From assembly GCA_910577845.1 (NCBI GenBank), contig CAJTNA010000004.1:15280-79279 (forward strand): 64,000 nucleotides of DNA, in the 5' to 3' direction. A model generated the notes under the pieces. The model saw only the letters and a program-made list of their open reading frames with translations, made no database searches and had not been told where the DNA came from. Origin of the DNA: an uncultured Christensenella sp. Lineage in GTDB: Bacteria; Bacillota; Clostridia; Christensenellales; UBA3700. Position numbers and translations under genes: made by a program. Of this stretch, positions 48,847 to 59,291 are shown one piece after another; the stretch's first letter is position 1, and each line of letters starts with the position of its first letter.

Positions 48847-49638
48847 ATGAAAAAATTTGGACTTTTAGGTAAAAAATTAGGGCATTCGTTATCTCCATTT
48901 ATACATAATATCTTGTTTGAGATAAGTGGTATAAATGCGGAATATTTGTTGTATGAAACAGACGATGTAAATGATTTTGTAAAAAATAATCATTTAGATG
49001 GCTTTAATATTACCATTCCTTACAAAAAAGATGTTTTTGGCTTGTGTCAAAAACTGGATAAAAGCTGTTATAATTTAGGTGTTGTCAATTGTGTCGATAG
49101 CAACTTAACAGGTTATAATACAGATGTATATGGTTATTGTGAAAGTGTAAAGGAACTTGCTGACTTTACAGGCAATATATTGCTTTTAGGTTGTGGTGGT
49201 GTAGGTAGTATGATTGCAAAGCAATATGAAGATGCAAACTTATGCGTAGCTGTACGTAATTTAACTAAAGAAAAAGCTTTGAATATCCAAAACCAATTTA
49301 AAGGTTGTGAGGTTGTTGATATATCGGCTATTCCTAAAAAGCAGTATGATTTGATTTGCAATAGTACACCTGTAGGTATGTATCCACATATAGAGAATTC
49401 GCCTATTGATTATGATGTGGTAAGCTGTTCAAAAGCAGTTTATGATACAATTTATAACCCTTATTTAACTAAATTGTTGCAATATGCGGAAAGAGCTGGC
49501 ATCAAGTACAAAAACGGATTGGAAATGTTGGTTTTACAAGCTGTGAAATCTCACGAGTATTGGTATGGTGGTGTTTTTGAGGATAGTGATATTGCAAAAA
49601 TCATTACTTTAACTAAGGGAGAACTTGAAAAATGGTAA
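48847..49638 (+). CDS. aroE: shikimate dehydrogenase
   Basis: FGLLGKKLGHSLSPFIHN, NITIPYK, GYNTD, GCGGVG. Confidence 0.88.
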   Translation: MKKFGLLGKKLGHSLSPFIHNILFEISGINAEYLLYETDDVNDFVKNNHLDGFNITIPYKKDVFGLCQKLDKSCYNLGVVNCVDSNLTGYNTDVYGYCESVKELADFTGNILLLGCGGVGSMIAKQYEDANLCVAVRNLTKEKALNIQNQFKGCEVVDISAIPKKQYDLICNSTPVGMYPHIENSPIDYDVVSCSKAVYDTIYNPYLTKLLQYAERAGIKYKNGLEMLVLQAVKSHEYWYGGVFEDSDIAKIITLTKGELEKW

Positions 49639-50126
49639 TTGCTTTATGCGGATTTATGGGGTGTGGCAAAACAACATTTGGCAAGTTACTTGCAGATAAA
49701 ATGGCACTAGAGTTTTGCGACACTGATGAGTTTATAGAGAAAAAACAAAATAAAAGTATTCCATATATTTTTGAAAACTTTGGTGAAAGTTTTTTTAGGG
49801 AGTTAGAGTACAATGCACTTAAGGAGCTGGCACAAAAAGATAATTTGATTTTGTCTTTAGGTGGTGGGGCAATAATAAGTGATAGGAATAAAAAGGTACT
49901 AAAAAGATATTGTGTGGTATATATTAATTGTCCTTTTGAAGTTTGTTATCAAAGGATAAAAAATAGTGATAGACCGATTGTAACACAAAAGAGTAAAGAG
50001 CAGTTAAACAAATTGTATTCAAGTAGGCTTGCACATTATGAAAAGGTTGCAAATATTACAATTTGTGATGGTGATTTAGATAAAATGGCGGAGCAAGTTA
50101 TTGCAAAAGCAAAGGAGTTATTATGA
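49632..50126 (+). CDS. aroK: shikimate kinase
   Basis: Walker A GFMGCGKTT. FRELE, and LGGG. Confidence 0.88.
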   Translation: MVIALCGFMGCGKTTFGKLLADKMALEFCDTDEFIEKKQNKSIPYIFENFGESFFRELEYNALKELAQKDNLILSLGGGAIISDRNKKVLKRYCVVYINCPFEVCYQRIKNSDRPIVTQKSKEQLNKLYSSRLAHYEKVANITICDGDLDKMAEQVIAKAKELL

Positions 50127-50548
50127 AAATATTGGTGATTAATGGTGTAAATCTTGATATGCTTGGCATACGTGAACCTCAAATTTATGGTGGCAATAGC
50201 TTGGACGAGATAAATAAAAATTTGAGTAAAGAAGCTGAAAAGCTAGGCGTAAGTATAGAGTTTGTGCAAAGCAATATTGAGGGAGAGATTGTTGAATTTA
50301 TTCATAGTGGTAGGCTATATGATGGCATTATTTTGAATGCGGGTGCATATACACATTATTCTATCGCTATAAGAGATGCAATCAGTAGTATTGAAACGCC
50401 TTGCGTTGAGGTGCATTTGAGCAATGTGCATAAACGTGAGGAGTTTAGACATAATTCTGTAATTTCCGCAGTATGTATGGGTGTAATTGCAGGTTTTGGT
50501 GAAAAATCTTACAGCTTAGCATTACACGCTTTGGCAGATAAAAAGTAA
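50123..50548 (+). CDS. aroQ: type II 3-dehydroquinate dehydratase
   Basis: ILVINGVNLDMLGIREPQIYG, NAGAYTHYSIA, EVHLSN. Confidence 0.92.
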   Translation: MKILVINGVNLDMLGIREPQIYGGNSLDEINKNLSKEAEKLGVSIEFVQSNIEGEIVEFIHSGRLYDGIILNAGAYTHYSIAIRDAISSIETPCVEVHLSNVHKREEFRHNSVISAVCMGVIAGFGEKSYSLALHALADKK

Positions 50549-50627
50549 AAGATTGTTTAAACAAATGTAAGTTAAAAGTTTTAACATATTAATTAAAATA
50601 AAAATGGACGCTAAAAGCGTATAAATT

Positions 50628-52886
50628 ATGAAAATTATAAAAATAAATACTACACCTACATACAATGTGTATGTTCAAGGTGGATTGTTAAAAAAAGTTG
50701 GTGAACTAGTAAATAGTATAAAAAGTTATGATAAAATTGCTATCATAACTGATGATGCTGTGCAAAAGTTATATTTAAAAAGTGTTGTAGAAAGTTTTAA
50801 TGACTTTTCTTCTAAGATTGTTACTTACGCTTTCCCAAATGGTGAGGGCAGTAAAAACTTGATTGAGCTTGGTAAAATTTATGACTTTTTGGCAGAAAAA
50901 GAAATTACTAGAACGGACTTAGTTATTGCGTTAGGCGGTGGCGTTTGTGGTGATATGGTAGGCTATGCTACAAGTAGTTATTTGCGTGGGGTTGATTTTA
51001 TCAATATCCCTACCACATTGCTTAGTATGGTTGACTCTTCTGTCGGTGGAAAAACAGCTGTAAATATTTCCGCTGGTAAAAATCAAGTGGGCTCATTTTA
51101 TCAGCCTAAAATGGTTATATGCGATACCTATACTTTGAAAACTTTAAGTGATGATTTGATTGCAGATGGCATTGGTGAAATTGCAAAGTACGCAGTGCTT
51201 GAGGATAAAGGTCTATTTGACATACTAATAAATCAAGATTTTGATAATCATTTAGAGCAAATTATTGAAATTTGCGTTAAGATAAAAGATGAGTATGTAA
51301 GTGGTGATGTGTTTGACAAGGGCAAAAGGCAACTTTTAAACTTAGGTCATACATTGGGACACAGCATTGAAAAGGATAGTAAATATACTTTAGCTCACGG
51401 CAAAGCTGTTTTGATCGGCTTATATTATATTGCACAAAAGTTTGCTGGCACAGATAGTGTGAGTAAGATACTTGAAAATTTGGAAGCCGTTGCAAATAAA
51501 TTTGGTATGCCTTTGAGTTATCCTTTGAATGCGGATGAACTTTGGAAAATGGCAGTAAATGATAAAAAGCGTCACGGCGATTACATTACTATAGCACGAC
51601 CAGTAGCAATAGGAGATTGTAGGTTAGAAAATGTTAAAATTGGTACACCTATTAATTTAACCGAAAAAGTGTTGAAAAGTGCATTTGATATTGAGATAAC
51701 ACCTAAAAAATTAAGTGGGGAAATTGTTCCGCCACCTTCAAAATCACATATGCATAGACTTTTAATAATGTCTGCATTTTGTGGTGGAAATGCTGTGGTT
51801 AATAATGTTACATTTAGTAATGATATAAAAGCTACATTAAACGCATTAAAAAGTTTAGGTGTAAATTTTGAAATAAATAAAAATTGCGTTAAATTTACTA
51901 GCGTAACTCTAAAAGACAATATCAAAATTGATTGCTTTGAGAGTGGTAGTACATTTAGATTTTTTATTCCTATTTGTGCAATGCTTGGAATTAATGCAAC
52001 TTTTGAGGGGAGCAGTAGGCTTGGCGAACGTGGTTATAATGACATTATCACAGCTATGAGTGATAGCGTTAGCTTTGATAAAAATGTTGGTTTGCCTCTT
52101 TCTATAAATGGTAAGTATAGCAAAGACAAAATTATAATTAATGGTGGAATGTCATCTCAGTTTATCAGCGGAATTATGATGGGTGCATTTGCTACAAAGA
52201 GAAATATTTGCATTCAAATTGAGGGTAATCTTGTGTCCAGTGGTTATGTGGATATGACAATTCAAGTTATAGAGCAATTTGGTGGAAAAGTTGTAAAAAT
52301 TCACAATGGCTTTGAAGTCCATTGTAAGGATATAAAGCCGAAAAATTATAACTTGTATCCAGAAGTAGATTATAGCAATTTAGCATTTTGGGAAGTTGCT
52401 GGAGTGCATTTGTCACTACCAAAAGATAACTCAAAGCAAGGGGATAAAATTGTGCTTGATATTGTAAAAAAAGCAAGCAAAGGAAAAGCATTTGATATAG
52501 ATATTGACAAATTTCCTGATTTAGCCCCGATTTTCGGTGTGTTATTAGCAAATATGCAAGGTGTATCCACATTGAAAAATTGTGCAAGGCTTAGAGTTAA
52601 AGAGTGTGATAGACTAAACGCAACCGCAGAAGTTTTGAATAAGTTTGGCATTGAAGCTAACATTAGCGGTGATGATTTAGTTATAATAGGCGGTAAGATT
52701 AAAGGCGGGGTTAAACTGAATAGTTATGGTGACCATAGAATGGCTATGATGCAAGCAATTATGGCAACATTTGCTGATAGTAAAGTATTGATAGAAAATG
52801 CTCAAGTTGTATCAAAAAGTTATCCTAATTTTTGGGAGGACTACATCGCTTTGGGAGGTGAGATAAATGTCATCAACATTAGGTAA
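50628..52886 (+). CDS. fusion protein: 3-dehydroquinate synthase (N-terminal half) + EPSP synthase (C-terminal half)
   Basis: The N-terminal half has GGGVCGDMVGYATSSYLRG, PTTLLSMVDSSVGGKT and LNLGHTLGH (AroB). The C-terminal half has PPSKSHMHR, GSTFRF, GDHRMAM and KSYPNFW (AroA). It is one uninterrupted 752-codon ORF. Confidence 0.9.
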   Translation: MKIIKINTTPTYNVYVQGGLLKKVGELVNSIKSYDKIAIITDDAVQKLYLKSVVESFNDFSSKIVTYAFPNGEGSKNLIELGKIYDFLAEKEITRTDLVIALGGGVCGDMVGYATSSYLRGVDFINIPTTLLSMVDSSVGGKTAVNISAGKNQVGSFYQPKMVICDTYTLKTLSDDLIADGIGEIAKYAVLEDKGLFDILINQDFDNHLEQIIEICVKIKDEYVSGDVFDKGKRQLLNLGHTLGHSIEKDSKYTLAHGKAVLIGLYYIAQKFAGTDSVSKILENLEAVANKFGMPLSYPLNADELWKMAVNDKKRHGDYITIARPVAIGDCRLENVKIGTPINLTEKVLKSAFDIEITPKKLSGEIVPPPSKSHMHRLLIMSAFCGGNAVVNNVTFSNDIKATLNALKSLGVNFEINKNCVKFTSVTLKDNIKIDCFESGSTFRFFIPICAMLGINATFEGSSRLGERGYNDIITAMSDSVSFDKNVGLPLSINGKYSKDKIIINGGMSSQFISGIMMGAFATKRNICIQIEGNLVSSGYVDMTIQVIEQFGGKVVKIHNGFEVHCKDIKPKNYNLYPEVDYSNLAFWEVAGVHLSLPKDNSKQGDKIVLDIVKKASKGKAFDIDIDKFPDLAPIFGVLLANMQGVSTLKNCARLRVKECDRLNATAEVLNKFGIEANISGDDLVIIGGKIKGGVKLNSYGDHRMAMMQAIMATFADSKVLIENAQVVSKSYPNFWEDYIALGGEINVINIR

Positions 52887-53940
52887 AAATTTGGAAATAA
52901 GTATATTTGGCGAGTCACACGGCAGTAGTGTTGGTGTTGTAATAAGTGGTTTGCCCAGCGGTGAGTTTGTTGATACAGAACTTATTAATAAATATCTAGC
53001 AAAACGTGCAAGCGGAAAAGACAAAACAATGACGGCAAGGCGTGAGGCTGACGAGGTACAATACCTAAGTGGGGTATATAATGGATATACGACTGGCACA
53101 CCTCTTACAATGGTAATTTATAATGGTGATTGCAAAAGTAAAGATTATGCTGAAATGGCAACAACTGCAAGACCATCTCACGCAGATTACAGCGGTTTTG
53201 TAAGATATAATGGATTCAATGATATTAGAGGTGGTGGACATTTTTCTGGTAGAATAACTACTGCTATGGTTATGGCTGGCAGTTTATGTTTGGCAATATT
53301 GAAAAATAAGGGCATTGAAATTTGTGCTAATATTTTGGAAATTGGCAGTGTTAAAGGTGAAAGGCTTGGCAGTAGGTTGGATAATGCTACGTTTGAGCAT
53401 TTGAGAGAGATGCCTATTCAAGCAATAAAAAATTCAGATAAAATGCGAGAAGAAATTTTGACCGCTAGAGAAAACTTGGATAGTGTAGGTGGCAAAATAG
53501 AATGTGTTGTAACAGGAATAAAAGCGGGAGTTGGTTCACCTATATTTGATGGTGTTGAAAATAATATCGCAAAAGCGATATTTGGCGTGCCAGCAGTTAA
53601 AGGTATAGACTTTGGTGAGGAAAGTGAACTTAGAGGTTCAGTATATAATGATAATCTTAAAGTGGATAATGGAAAGGTTGTGACTACTACCAATCACGAT
53701 GGCGGTATCAATGGCGGTATTACAAATGGTATGCCTATCGTGTTTGCTGTTAAAGTTAAGCCTACACCTAGTATTGCAAGACCTCAAGATACGATTGACT
53801 TTAAAAAACTTGAAAATAAACAGATTCAAATTAAAGGTAGGCACGACCCTTGCGTTGTTGCAAGAGCTGTTCCTTGTATTGAATGTGTTACGGCAATAAG
53901 TATTTTAGATATGGTTATGGAGAGTAAAATTTATGAATGA
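52867..53940 (+). CDS. aroC: chorismate synthase
   Basis: FGESHG, ARPSHADY, RGGGHFSGR, RHDPCV. Confidence 0.96.
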   Translation: MSSTLGKNLEISIFGESHGSSVGVVISGLPSGEFVDTELINKYLAKRASGKDKTMTARREADEVQYLSGVYNGYTTGTPLTMVIYNGDCKSKDYAEMATTARPSHADYSGFVRYNGFNDIRGGGHFSGRITTAMVMAGSLCLAILKNKGIEICANILEIGSVKGERLGSRLDNATFEHLREMPIQAIKNSDKMREEILTARENLDSVGGKIECVVTGIKAGVGSPIFDGVENNIAKAIFGVPAVKGIDFGEESELRGSVYNDNLKVDNGKVVTTTNHDGGINGGITNGMPIVFAVKVKPTPSIARPQDTIDFKKLENKQIQIKGRHDPCVVARAVPCIECVTAISILDMVMESKIYE

Positions 53941-54190
53941 ACTTGAAAGGTTGAGAAAAGAGATTGACAATTTGGATAAAATAATTGTATCTGCTTATGT
54001 GGAAAGATTGAATGTTATAAAAAGTATAGGTGAATATAAAAAAAATAATAATGTCAAAGTTTTAGATAGCAATAGAGAAAACGAGGTTTTAAAAAAAGTT
54101 TGCGAAAATGCTGGTGAGTACAAAGATGATGTTATTAATTTGTACAAATATATAATGGATTACAGCAAAAAAAAGCAAAGTGAAAGATAA
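53933..54190 (+). CDS. chorismate mutase (AroQ class, CM_2)
   Basis: LERLRKEIDNLDKIIVSAYVERLNVIKSIGEYK...VLDSNRE. Overlaps the aroC stop. Confidence 0.8.
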   Translation: MNELERLRKEIDNLDKIIVSAYVERLNVIKSIGEYKKNNNVKVLDSNRENEVLKKVCENAGEYKDDVINLYKYIMDYSKKKQSER

Positions 54191-54223
54191 TTTTTAAAAT
54201 TTTATAAATTTTGCAAAAAATTC

Positions 54224-54252
54224 TTGCAATGGACTAAAAATTTTGATATAAT
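54224..54252 (+). promoter_or_regulatory. sigma-A promoter of the PEPCK gene
   Basis: TTGCAA, a 17-nt spacer, TATAAT. Confidence 0.65.
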
Positions 54253-54325
54253 GTTATCTAGTGGGAACTGGAAAATTTTCACATATTAAATTTGATAATA
54301 ATAACATTTTAAAAGGAGTATTAAA

Positions 54326-56092
54326 ATGACTAAGAACAAGAAAGTTTTAGAGTATGTTGATTCAGTTGCAAAACTTTGTAATCCTGATAGTGTCGTTTGG
54401 ATTGATGGTAGCGAAGAATTGTACAACAAATTAACTAATGAGGCTTTGGCTACAGGCGAGTTGATTAAACTAAACGATGAGCTTTTGCCAGGTTGCTATT
54501 TGCACCGTACAGCTGTTAATGACGTAGCACGTGTTGAGGGCAGAACTTTTATTTGTAGCAAAGAGCAAGTTAATGCAGGTCCTACAAATAACTGGTGGAA
54601 CCCAGCTGAGGCTTATGAAAAATTAAACAGCATTTTAAAAGATGCTTACAAAGGCAGAACAATGTATGTTATTCCATTCTCAATGGGTCCTGTTGGTTCA
54701 CCTCTTGCTAAAATCGGCATTGAGATTACTGACTCTATCTATGTTGTATTGAATATGAAGATTATGACTAGAGTTGGTCAAAACGTACTAGATGCTCTTG
54801 GTGATAGTAACGATTTCGTTCGTGGTACTCACGCAAAATGCAATATTGACGAGAATGAGAGATATATCTGCCATTTCCCAGAGGATAACACAATTATCTC
54901 TGTAAATAGTGGTTACGGCGGTAACGTATTACTAGGTAAAAAATGTTTTGCACTTCGTATCGCTTCTTTCCAAGGACGTAATGAAGGTTGGATGGCAGAG
55001 CATATGCTTATTCTAGGTATTGAGAAACCAGATGGTAAGATTTATTATATGGGTGCTGCATTCCCAAGTGCTTGCGGTAAAACTAACTTAGCAATGCTTA
55101 TTCCACCAGAAGGTTATAAGAAAGCTGGTTACAAAGTATGGTGTGTAGGTGATGATATTGCTTGGATTAAACCTGGTAAAGATGGCAGACTTTATGCTAT
55201 CAACCCTGAGAATGGTTTCTTCGGTGTTGCTCCTGGTACATCTGTTAAATCTAATCCTAACGCTTTACAAGCTACTAAGAAAAACACTATATTCACTAAC
55301 GTTGTATTGAATAAAGACAACAACACTGTATGGTGGGAAGGTATGGATAAGAATCCTCCTGAAAATGCTATTGACTGGAAAGGCAATGAGTGGAATGGTA
55401 AAACTTCTGATGTTAAAGGTGCTCAACCTAACAGCCGTTTTACTGCACCAGCTATCAACTGCCCTTGCATCAGCTCTGAGTTCGAGTCTACAACTGGTGT
55501 TCCAATGAGTGCATTTATCTTTGGTGGTCGCCGTGCTAAAACTACTCCACTTGTATACCAAGCAAGAGATTGGAATCACGGTGTATTTGTAGGTTCAATT
55601 ATGTCTTCTGAGACAACAGCTGCTGCTACTGGTGCTACTGGTGTATTGAGAAGAGATCCAATGGCAATGCTTCCATTCTGCGGATATCATATGGGTGACT
55701 ACTTTGGTCACTGGATTGAGATGGGTAGCAAAATCCCTAGTGATAAGCAACCTAAATTCTTCAATGTTAACTGGTTCCGTCAAGATGACAATGGTAATTT
55801 CGTATGGCCTGGTTTTGGTGACAATATGCGTGTTCTTGACTGGATGGTTAAGAGAATTGAAGGCACTGTTGACGCTAAAGAAACTGCTATCGGTTATGTT
55901 CCATTTGCTGATGATATTAACTTAGAAGGTTGCGATTGCTCAAAGAAAACTTTGGAATCTATCCTTGCTGTTGACAACACTGCTTGGGCAAAAGAGGCTG
56001 AAGGTATTAAAGAGTTCTACACTAAATTTGGTGATAAGCTACCAAAAGAGCTTGCTAAAGAGTGTGACGAACTTATTAAAAGGACTAAATAA
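54326..56092 (+). CDS. pckG: phosphoenolpyruvate carboxykinase (GTP)
   Basis: GTP-type PEPCK motifs FPSACGKTNLAML, GDDIAWI and NSRFT. Confidence 0.95.
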   Translation: MTKNKKVLEYVDSVAKLCNPDSVVWIDGSEELYNKLTNEALATGELIKLNDELLPGCYLHRTAVNDVARVEGRTFICSKEQVNAGPTNNWWNPAEAYEKLNSILKDAYKGRTMYVIPFSMGPVGSPLAKIGIEITDSIYVVLNMKIMTRVGQNVLDALGDSNDFVRGTHAKCNIDENERYICHFPEDNTIISVNSGYGGNVLLGKKCFALRIASFQGRNEGWMAEHMLILGIEKPDGKIYYMGAAFPSACGKTNLAMLIPPEGYKKAGYKVWCVGDDIAWIKPGKDGRLYAINPENGFFGVAPGTSVKSNPNALQATKKNTIFTNVVLNKDNNTVWWEGMDKNPPENAIDWKGNEWNGKTSDVKGAQPNSRFTAPAINCPCISSEFESTTGVPMSAFIFGGRRAKTTPLVYQARDWNHGVFVGSIMSSETTAAATGATGVLRRDPMAMLPFCGYHMGDYFGHWIEMGSKIPSDKQPKFFNVNWFRQDDNGNFVWPGFGDNMRVLDWMVKRIEGTVDAKETAIGYVPFADDINLEGCDCSKKTLESILAVDNTAWAKEAEGIKEFYTKFGDKLPKELAKECDELIKRTK

Positions 56093-56186
56093 TTAATTTA
56101 TTAATTGCAAGTTGATTAATCTAATAATAGATTAACATCCCTAGTAAAATAATTAAGAAACTTAAATAAAATGATATTAAGCAAAT

Positions 56187-56220
56187 AAAAGGCTACATTT
56201 AGTGGCCTTTTATTGTTTGT
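56187..56220 (+). terminator. intrinsic terminator of pckG
   Basis: Stem AAAAGGCTAC/GTGGCCTTTT (one G-U pair), then ATTGTTTGT. Confidence 0.7.
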
Positions 56221-56483
56221 AAAAAATAATAATTGCAAAATGAATATTATGTTGACTTTTAACATTTAAGTATTATTAAAAATTGGTTATTTTTGATAGT
56301 ACACTTTAATTAATTTTGCACTATAATGAAATTAATATAAATACATATAAAATTTAAATCTTGCTATTGTTGTTAATTTCTAGATTAATTTATGTTAATA
56401 ATTATTATTCGACTTTAATAATTTTCAAAGCATATAAGCTAATAAAGTAAGCAAGTTCTAACAAGTAACGAAAGATAATGTTT

Positions 56484-57428
56484 TTATAAATCTATTATAC
56501 TATTGTTATCTTTATTTATATTATACAAAAGTAGGTCAGTGATATAGTTCGAAAAATGCTGTAAGGTACGTTTTGCGGATTTTGTAAACATATTTTCTTG
56601 CCAATCGTGCATTGCATTTTTTGAATGTACAGCTCTGTATGGAATTTGTAGACTTTCAAGTTTAGTTATTAATTTTTCACCATTGCCTTTGCAAAATATA
56701 TCTGTAGTAGAATATGATACAAAAGTTGGCGGAAAGTCATTTGTTATATAGTCACCAATATTAATATAATTGTACAATTTGTGCTTTTTACAAGTTTCAA
56801 TATCAACAAATTTCTCACCGCATAGATAGTTCCAAAGTGAATGATTTATATTTAATACCATATGTTTATCTAGTGAGTTGGTAGGGTAGTATACGCCACT
56901 AAAAAATACTGCACCAATTATTTTAGTATCGATTTTCGGCAGGTTTATTGCGTTAGCATACTCATTATTTGTAGATAATGCAATCAAGCAAGTAGCTAGA
57001 TATGCACCCGCAGAGTCACCACATAAAATAATTTTGTTTTTATCAATAAAATATTTTTCGCTGTTATCTTTTATCCAATCAAACAAGCTAATCAATTCTT
57101 TTAGTATTTGTGTCAAATTATGTTTTGGTGCTAAGCTGTAGTTAATATTGATTACTTTTACATTTAGTGTCAAACAAAATTCCGAAAAAGACTTGCGATA
57201 CTTTTTATCACCAGCTACAAATCCACCGCCGTGCAAATTAATTAAAATAGCTTGTTTGGTATTTTTTTTAGTTTTATCACAATACAAATCAAAGGTGCAA
57301 TTCTTTTGATTGTTTATACAATAAATCTCGTCTTTTAAAAGCTTAATTGCGTTTTTATTGTGGTATGTGTTTTGCGGTATATAGCCGAAATAATCAATCA
57401 ACTTAAATAAAATAGTAGTTAAGCTCAT
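56484..57428 (-). CDS. alpha/beta hydrolase, HSL-family esterase/lipase
   Basis: HGGGF oxyanion motif and GDSAGA nucleophile elbow. Confidence 0.82.
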   Translation of the reverse strand: MSLTTILFKLIDYFGYIPQNTYHNKNAIKLLKDEIYCINNQKNCTFDLYCDKTKKNTKQAILINLHGGGFVAGDKKYRKSFSEFCLTLNVKVININYSLAPKHNLTQILKELISLFDWIKDNSEKYFIDKNKIILCGDSAGAYLATCLIALSTNNEYANAINLPKIDTKIIGAVFFSGVYYPTNSLDKHMVLNINHSLWNYLCGEKFVDIETCKKHKLYNYINIGDYITNDFPPTFVSYSTTDIFCKGNGEKLITKLESLQIPYRAVHSKNAMHDWQENMFTKSAKRTLQHFSNYITDLLLYNINKDNNSIIDL

Positions 57429-57728
57429 ACTGCCCCCCCTTTTTTGTATAATTTTTTGTTTAATTTTAGTTTTTGAATTATTGTAATTTGCAAACCGAAT
57501 TAGAAGCTTTTTTGTACAAGTGATTTGTCACAAAATAAACTGCATTAACGGCTTACTTATTAATTGATTTTAGAATAGCACTTTAAATTTAATTTGTCAA
57601 GGCGAAAAATTGTTTTAAGTTAAATAAATATAATATATTTAAGACGTACAATTTGTATAGTTTTAGTAATATTTTGTGTGAAAAGTGAAAATATATTGCT
57701 TTTATGTATGATAATAAAAAAATTGCTA

Positions 57729-57757
57729 TTGACTTTATAATAAAATTATAGTAAAAT
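57729..57757 (+). promoter_or_regulatory. sigma-A promoter of the sulfatase gene
   Basis: TTGACT, a 17-nt spacer, TAAAAT. Confidence 0.55.
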
Positions 57758-57805
57758 ATATAATATATAGTAAAATTAATTAGGAAAAAATTGGGAGGCT
57801 TTGCT

Positions 57806-59131
57806 ATGAATATTGTCCTATACTTTAGTGACCAACAAAGATTTGATACAATTAACGAGAAAGTTACACCTAATATATACAATATGTTAGACGAGAGTAT
57901 CTTTATGGATAATTGTTACACAATGCAACCAGTTTGCGGTCCAGCAAGGGCGTGTATTCAAACAGGTGTTTATGCAAGTGAAAATGATTGTTACATAAAT
58001 GGCATTTCATTGAAAAAAGATGAGGAAAATACTTTGGCAAAATGCTTAAATAAGCAAAACTATAACACCTCTTATATTGGAAAATGGCATTTAGCGTCTG
58101 ATACGGACGGGCATAATCCGCACAATAATTTGCAAATAAAAGCTGTACCTAATGAGCTTAGAGGTGGCTATAATGATTACTGGCTAGTAGCAGATTGTTT
58201 GGAGTTTACATCTGATATAAATGGTGGATTCCTTTTTGATAAAAACAATAATAGGGTCGATTTTCAAGGGGTTAGAAGCGATTGTATAAACAATTTCGCA
58301 ACCGACTATATAAAAAATTATGATAGTGATAAGCCATTTTTCTTAATGGTATCACAGCTTGAACCACACCAGCAAAATGGAAAGGGAACTTTCCAATGTG
58401 TAGAGGGTGAAGATATTCAATTTCAAGATTATCCATATCCTGAAGACTTAGTTGGTTTAAAAGGTGATTACAAGGCAGAATTTGCACATTACCTTGCTTG
58501 TTGCAAAAGGCTTGACCAAAACTTTGCAGACTTTGTAAAAGCAATTAAGGATAAAGGAATTTGGAATGATACAATTATTATTTATACTTCTGACCACGGT
58601 TGTCACTTTAAAACACGCAATTTTGAATATAAACGTTCTTGTCACAATGCAAGCACACATATTCCATTTATTATGACTGGTGGTGGACTTGAAAAAATTG
58701 ACGCTTGTAAAAAATATATTGGTAAACACTTTGATGGTCTAGTTAGCTTGTTAGATGTTACATCAACTATTTTGGATTTTGCAAATACTCCTATACCTCA
58801 AAATTATCGTAGCAAGAGCATTGCTCAAATGTTAAATGACGATAAGGGCAGAGACCATATCTTTTTGCAGATTAGTGAATCACAATTGGGCAGAGCTATA
58901 ATTACTGATAAGTATACATATAGCGTTAAAAAACCTTTTTCACTAGGACTTCAAAATGCTACTAGTAAATGGTATAAGCAAGATTTATTGTATGATAATG
59001 AAAAGGATAAAGCCCAACATAAGAATTTAATAAATAAAACCGAGTATAGACAAGTTGCAAAACAATTAAAGGAACTTTTGCTTGAGGATATCCAAAATAT
59101 TGAAGGGATAAAAGCTAAAATTTTTGGTTAA
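57806..59131 (+). CDS. sulfatase (formylglycine-dependent family)
   Basis: CxPxR signature CGPAR, YIGKWHL, and SDHG. ATG at 57806, after GGGAGG. No signal peptide. Confidence 0.85.
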   Translation: MNIVLYFSDQQRFDTINEKVTPNIYNMLDESIFMDNCYTMQPVCGPARACIQTGVYASENDCYINGISLKKDEENTLAKCLNKQNYNTSYIGKWHLASDTDGHNPHNNLQIKAVPNELRGGYNDYWLVADCLEFTSDINGGFLFDKNNNRVDFQGVRSDCINNFATDYIKNYDSDKPFFLMVSQLEPHQQNGKGTFQCVEGEDIQFQDYPYPEDLVGLKGDYKAEFAHYLACCKRLDQNFADFVKAIKDKGIWNDTIIIYTSDHGCHFKTRNFEYKRSCHNASTHIPFIMTGGGLEKIDACKKYIGKHFDGLVSLLDVTSTILDFANTPIPQNYRSKSIAQMLNDDKGRDHIFLQISESQLGRAIITDKYTYSVKKPFSLGLQNATSKWYKQDLLYDNEKDKAQHKNLINKTEYRQVAKQLKELLLEDIQNIEGIKAKIFG

Positions 59132-59291
59132 TTATTAGCAATAAGTGATAATAAATTGTTACTCTAAAAATTAAAATTGTTAAGTTTGCTAATTTTATGT
59201 TAGTAGATTTTAAATTATTAAATTTATTGAAATCGACAATTGATAAATAATAAATAAAACAAATCAAAATTATAAATATGAGGTGTTGATT

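Noticed and set aside
50628-52886. The AroB-AroA fusion as an assembly or frameshift artefact
   Set aside because: The ORF is continuous with no stop, and the junction shows no homopolymer run that I could see. I keep it as a real fusion but flag read-level confirmation in the finding.
57589-57882. 97-aa - strand ORF spanning the sulfatase promoter and start
   Set aside because: It is I/L/F/Y/N/K-rich, as expected from random AT-rich DNA. It overlaps a good promoter and the RBS and start of the sulfatase gene.
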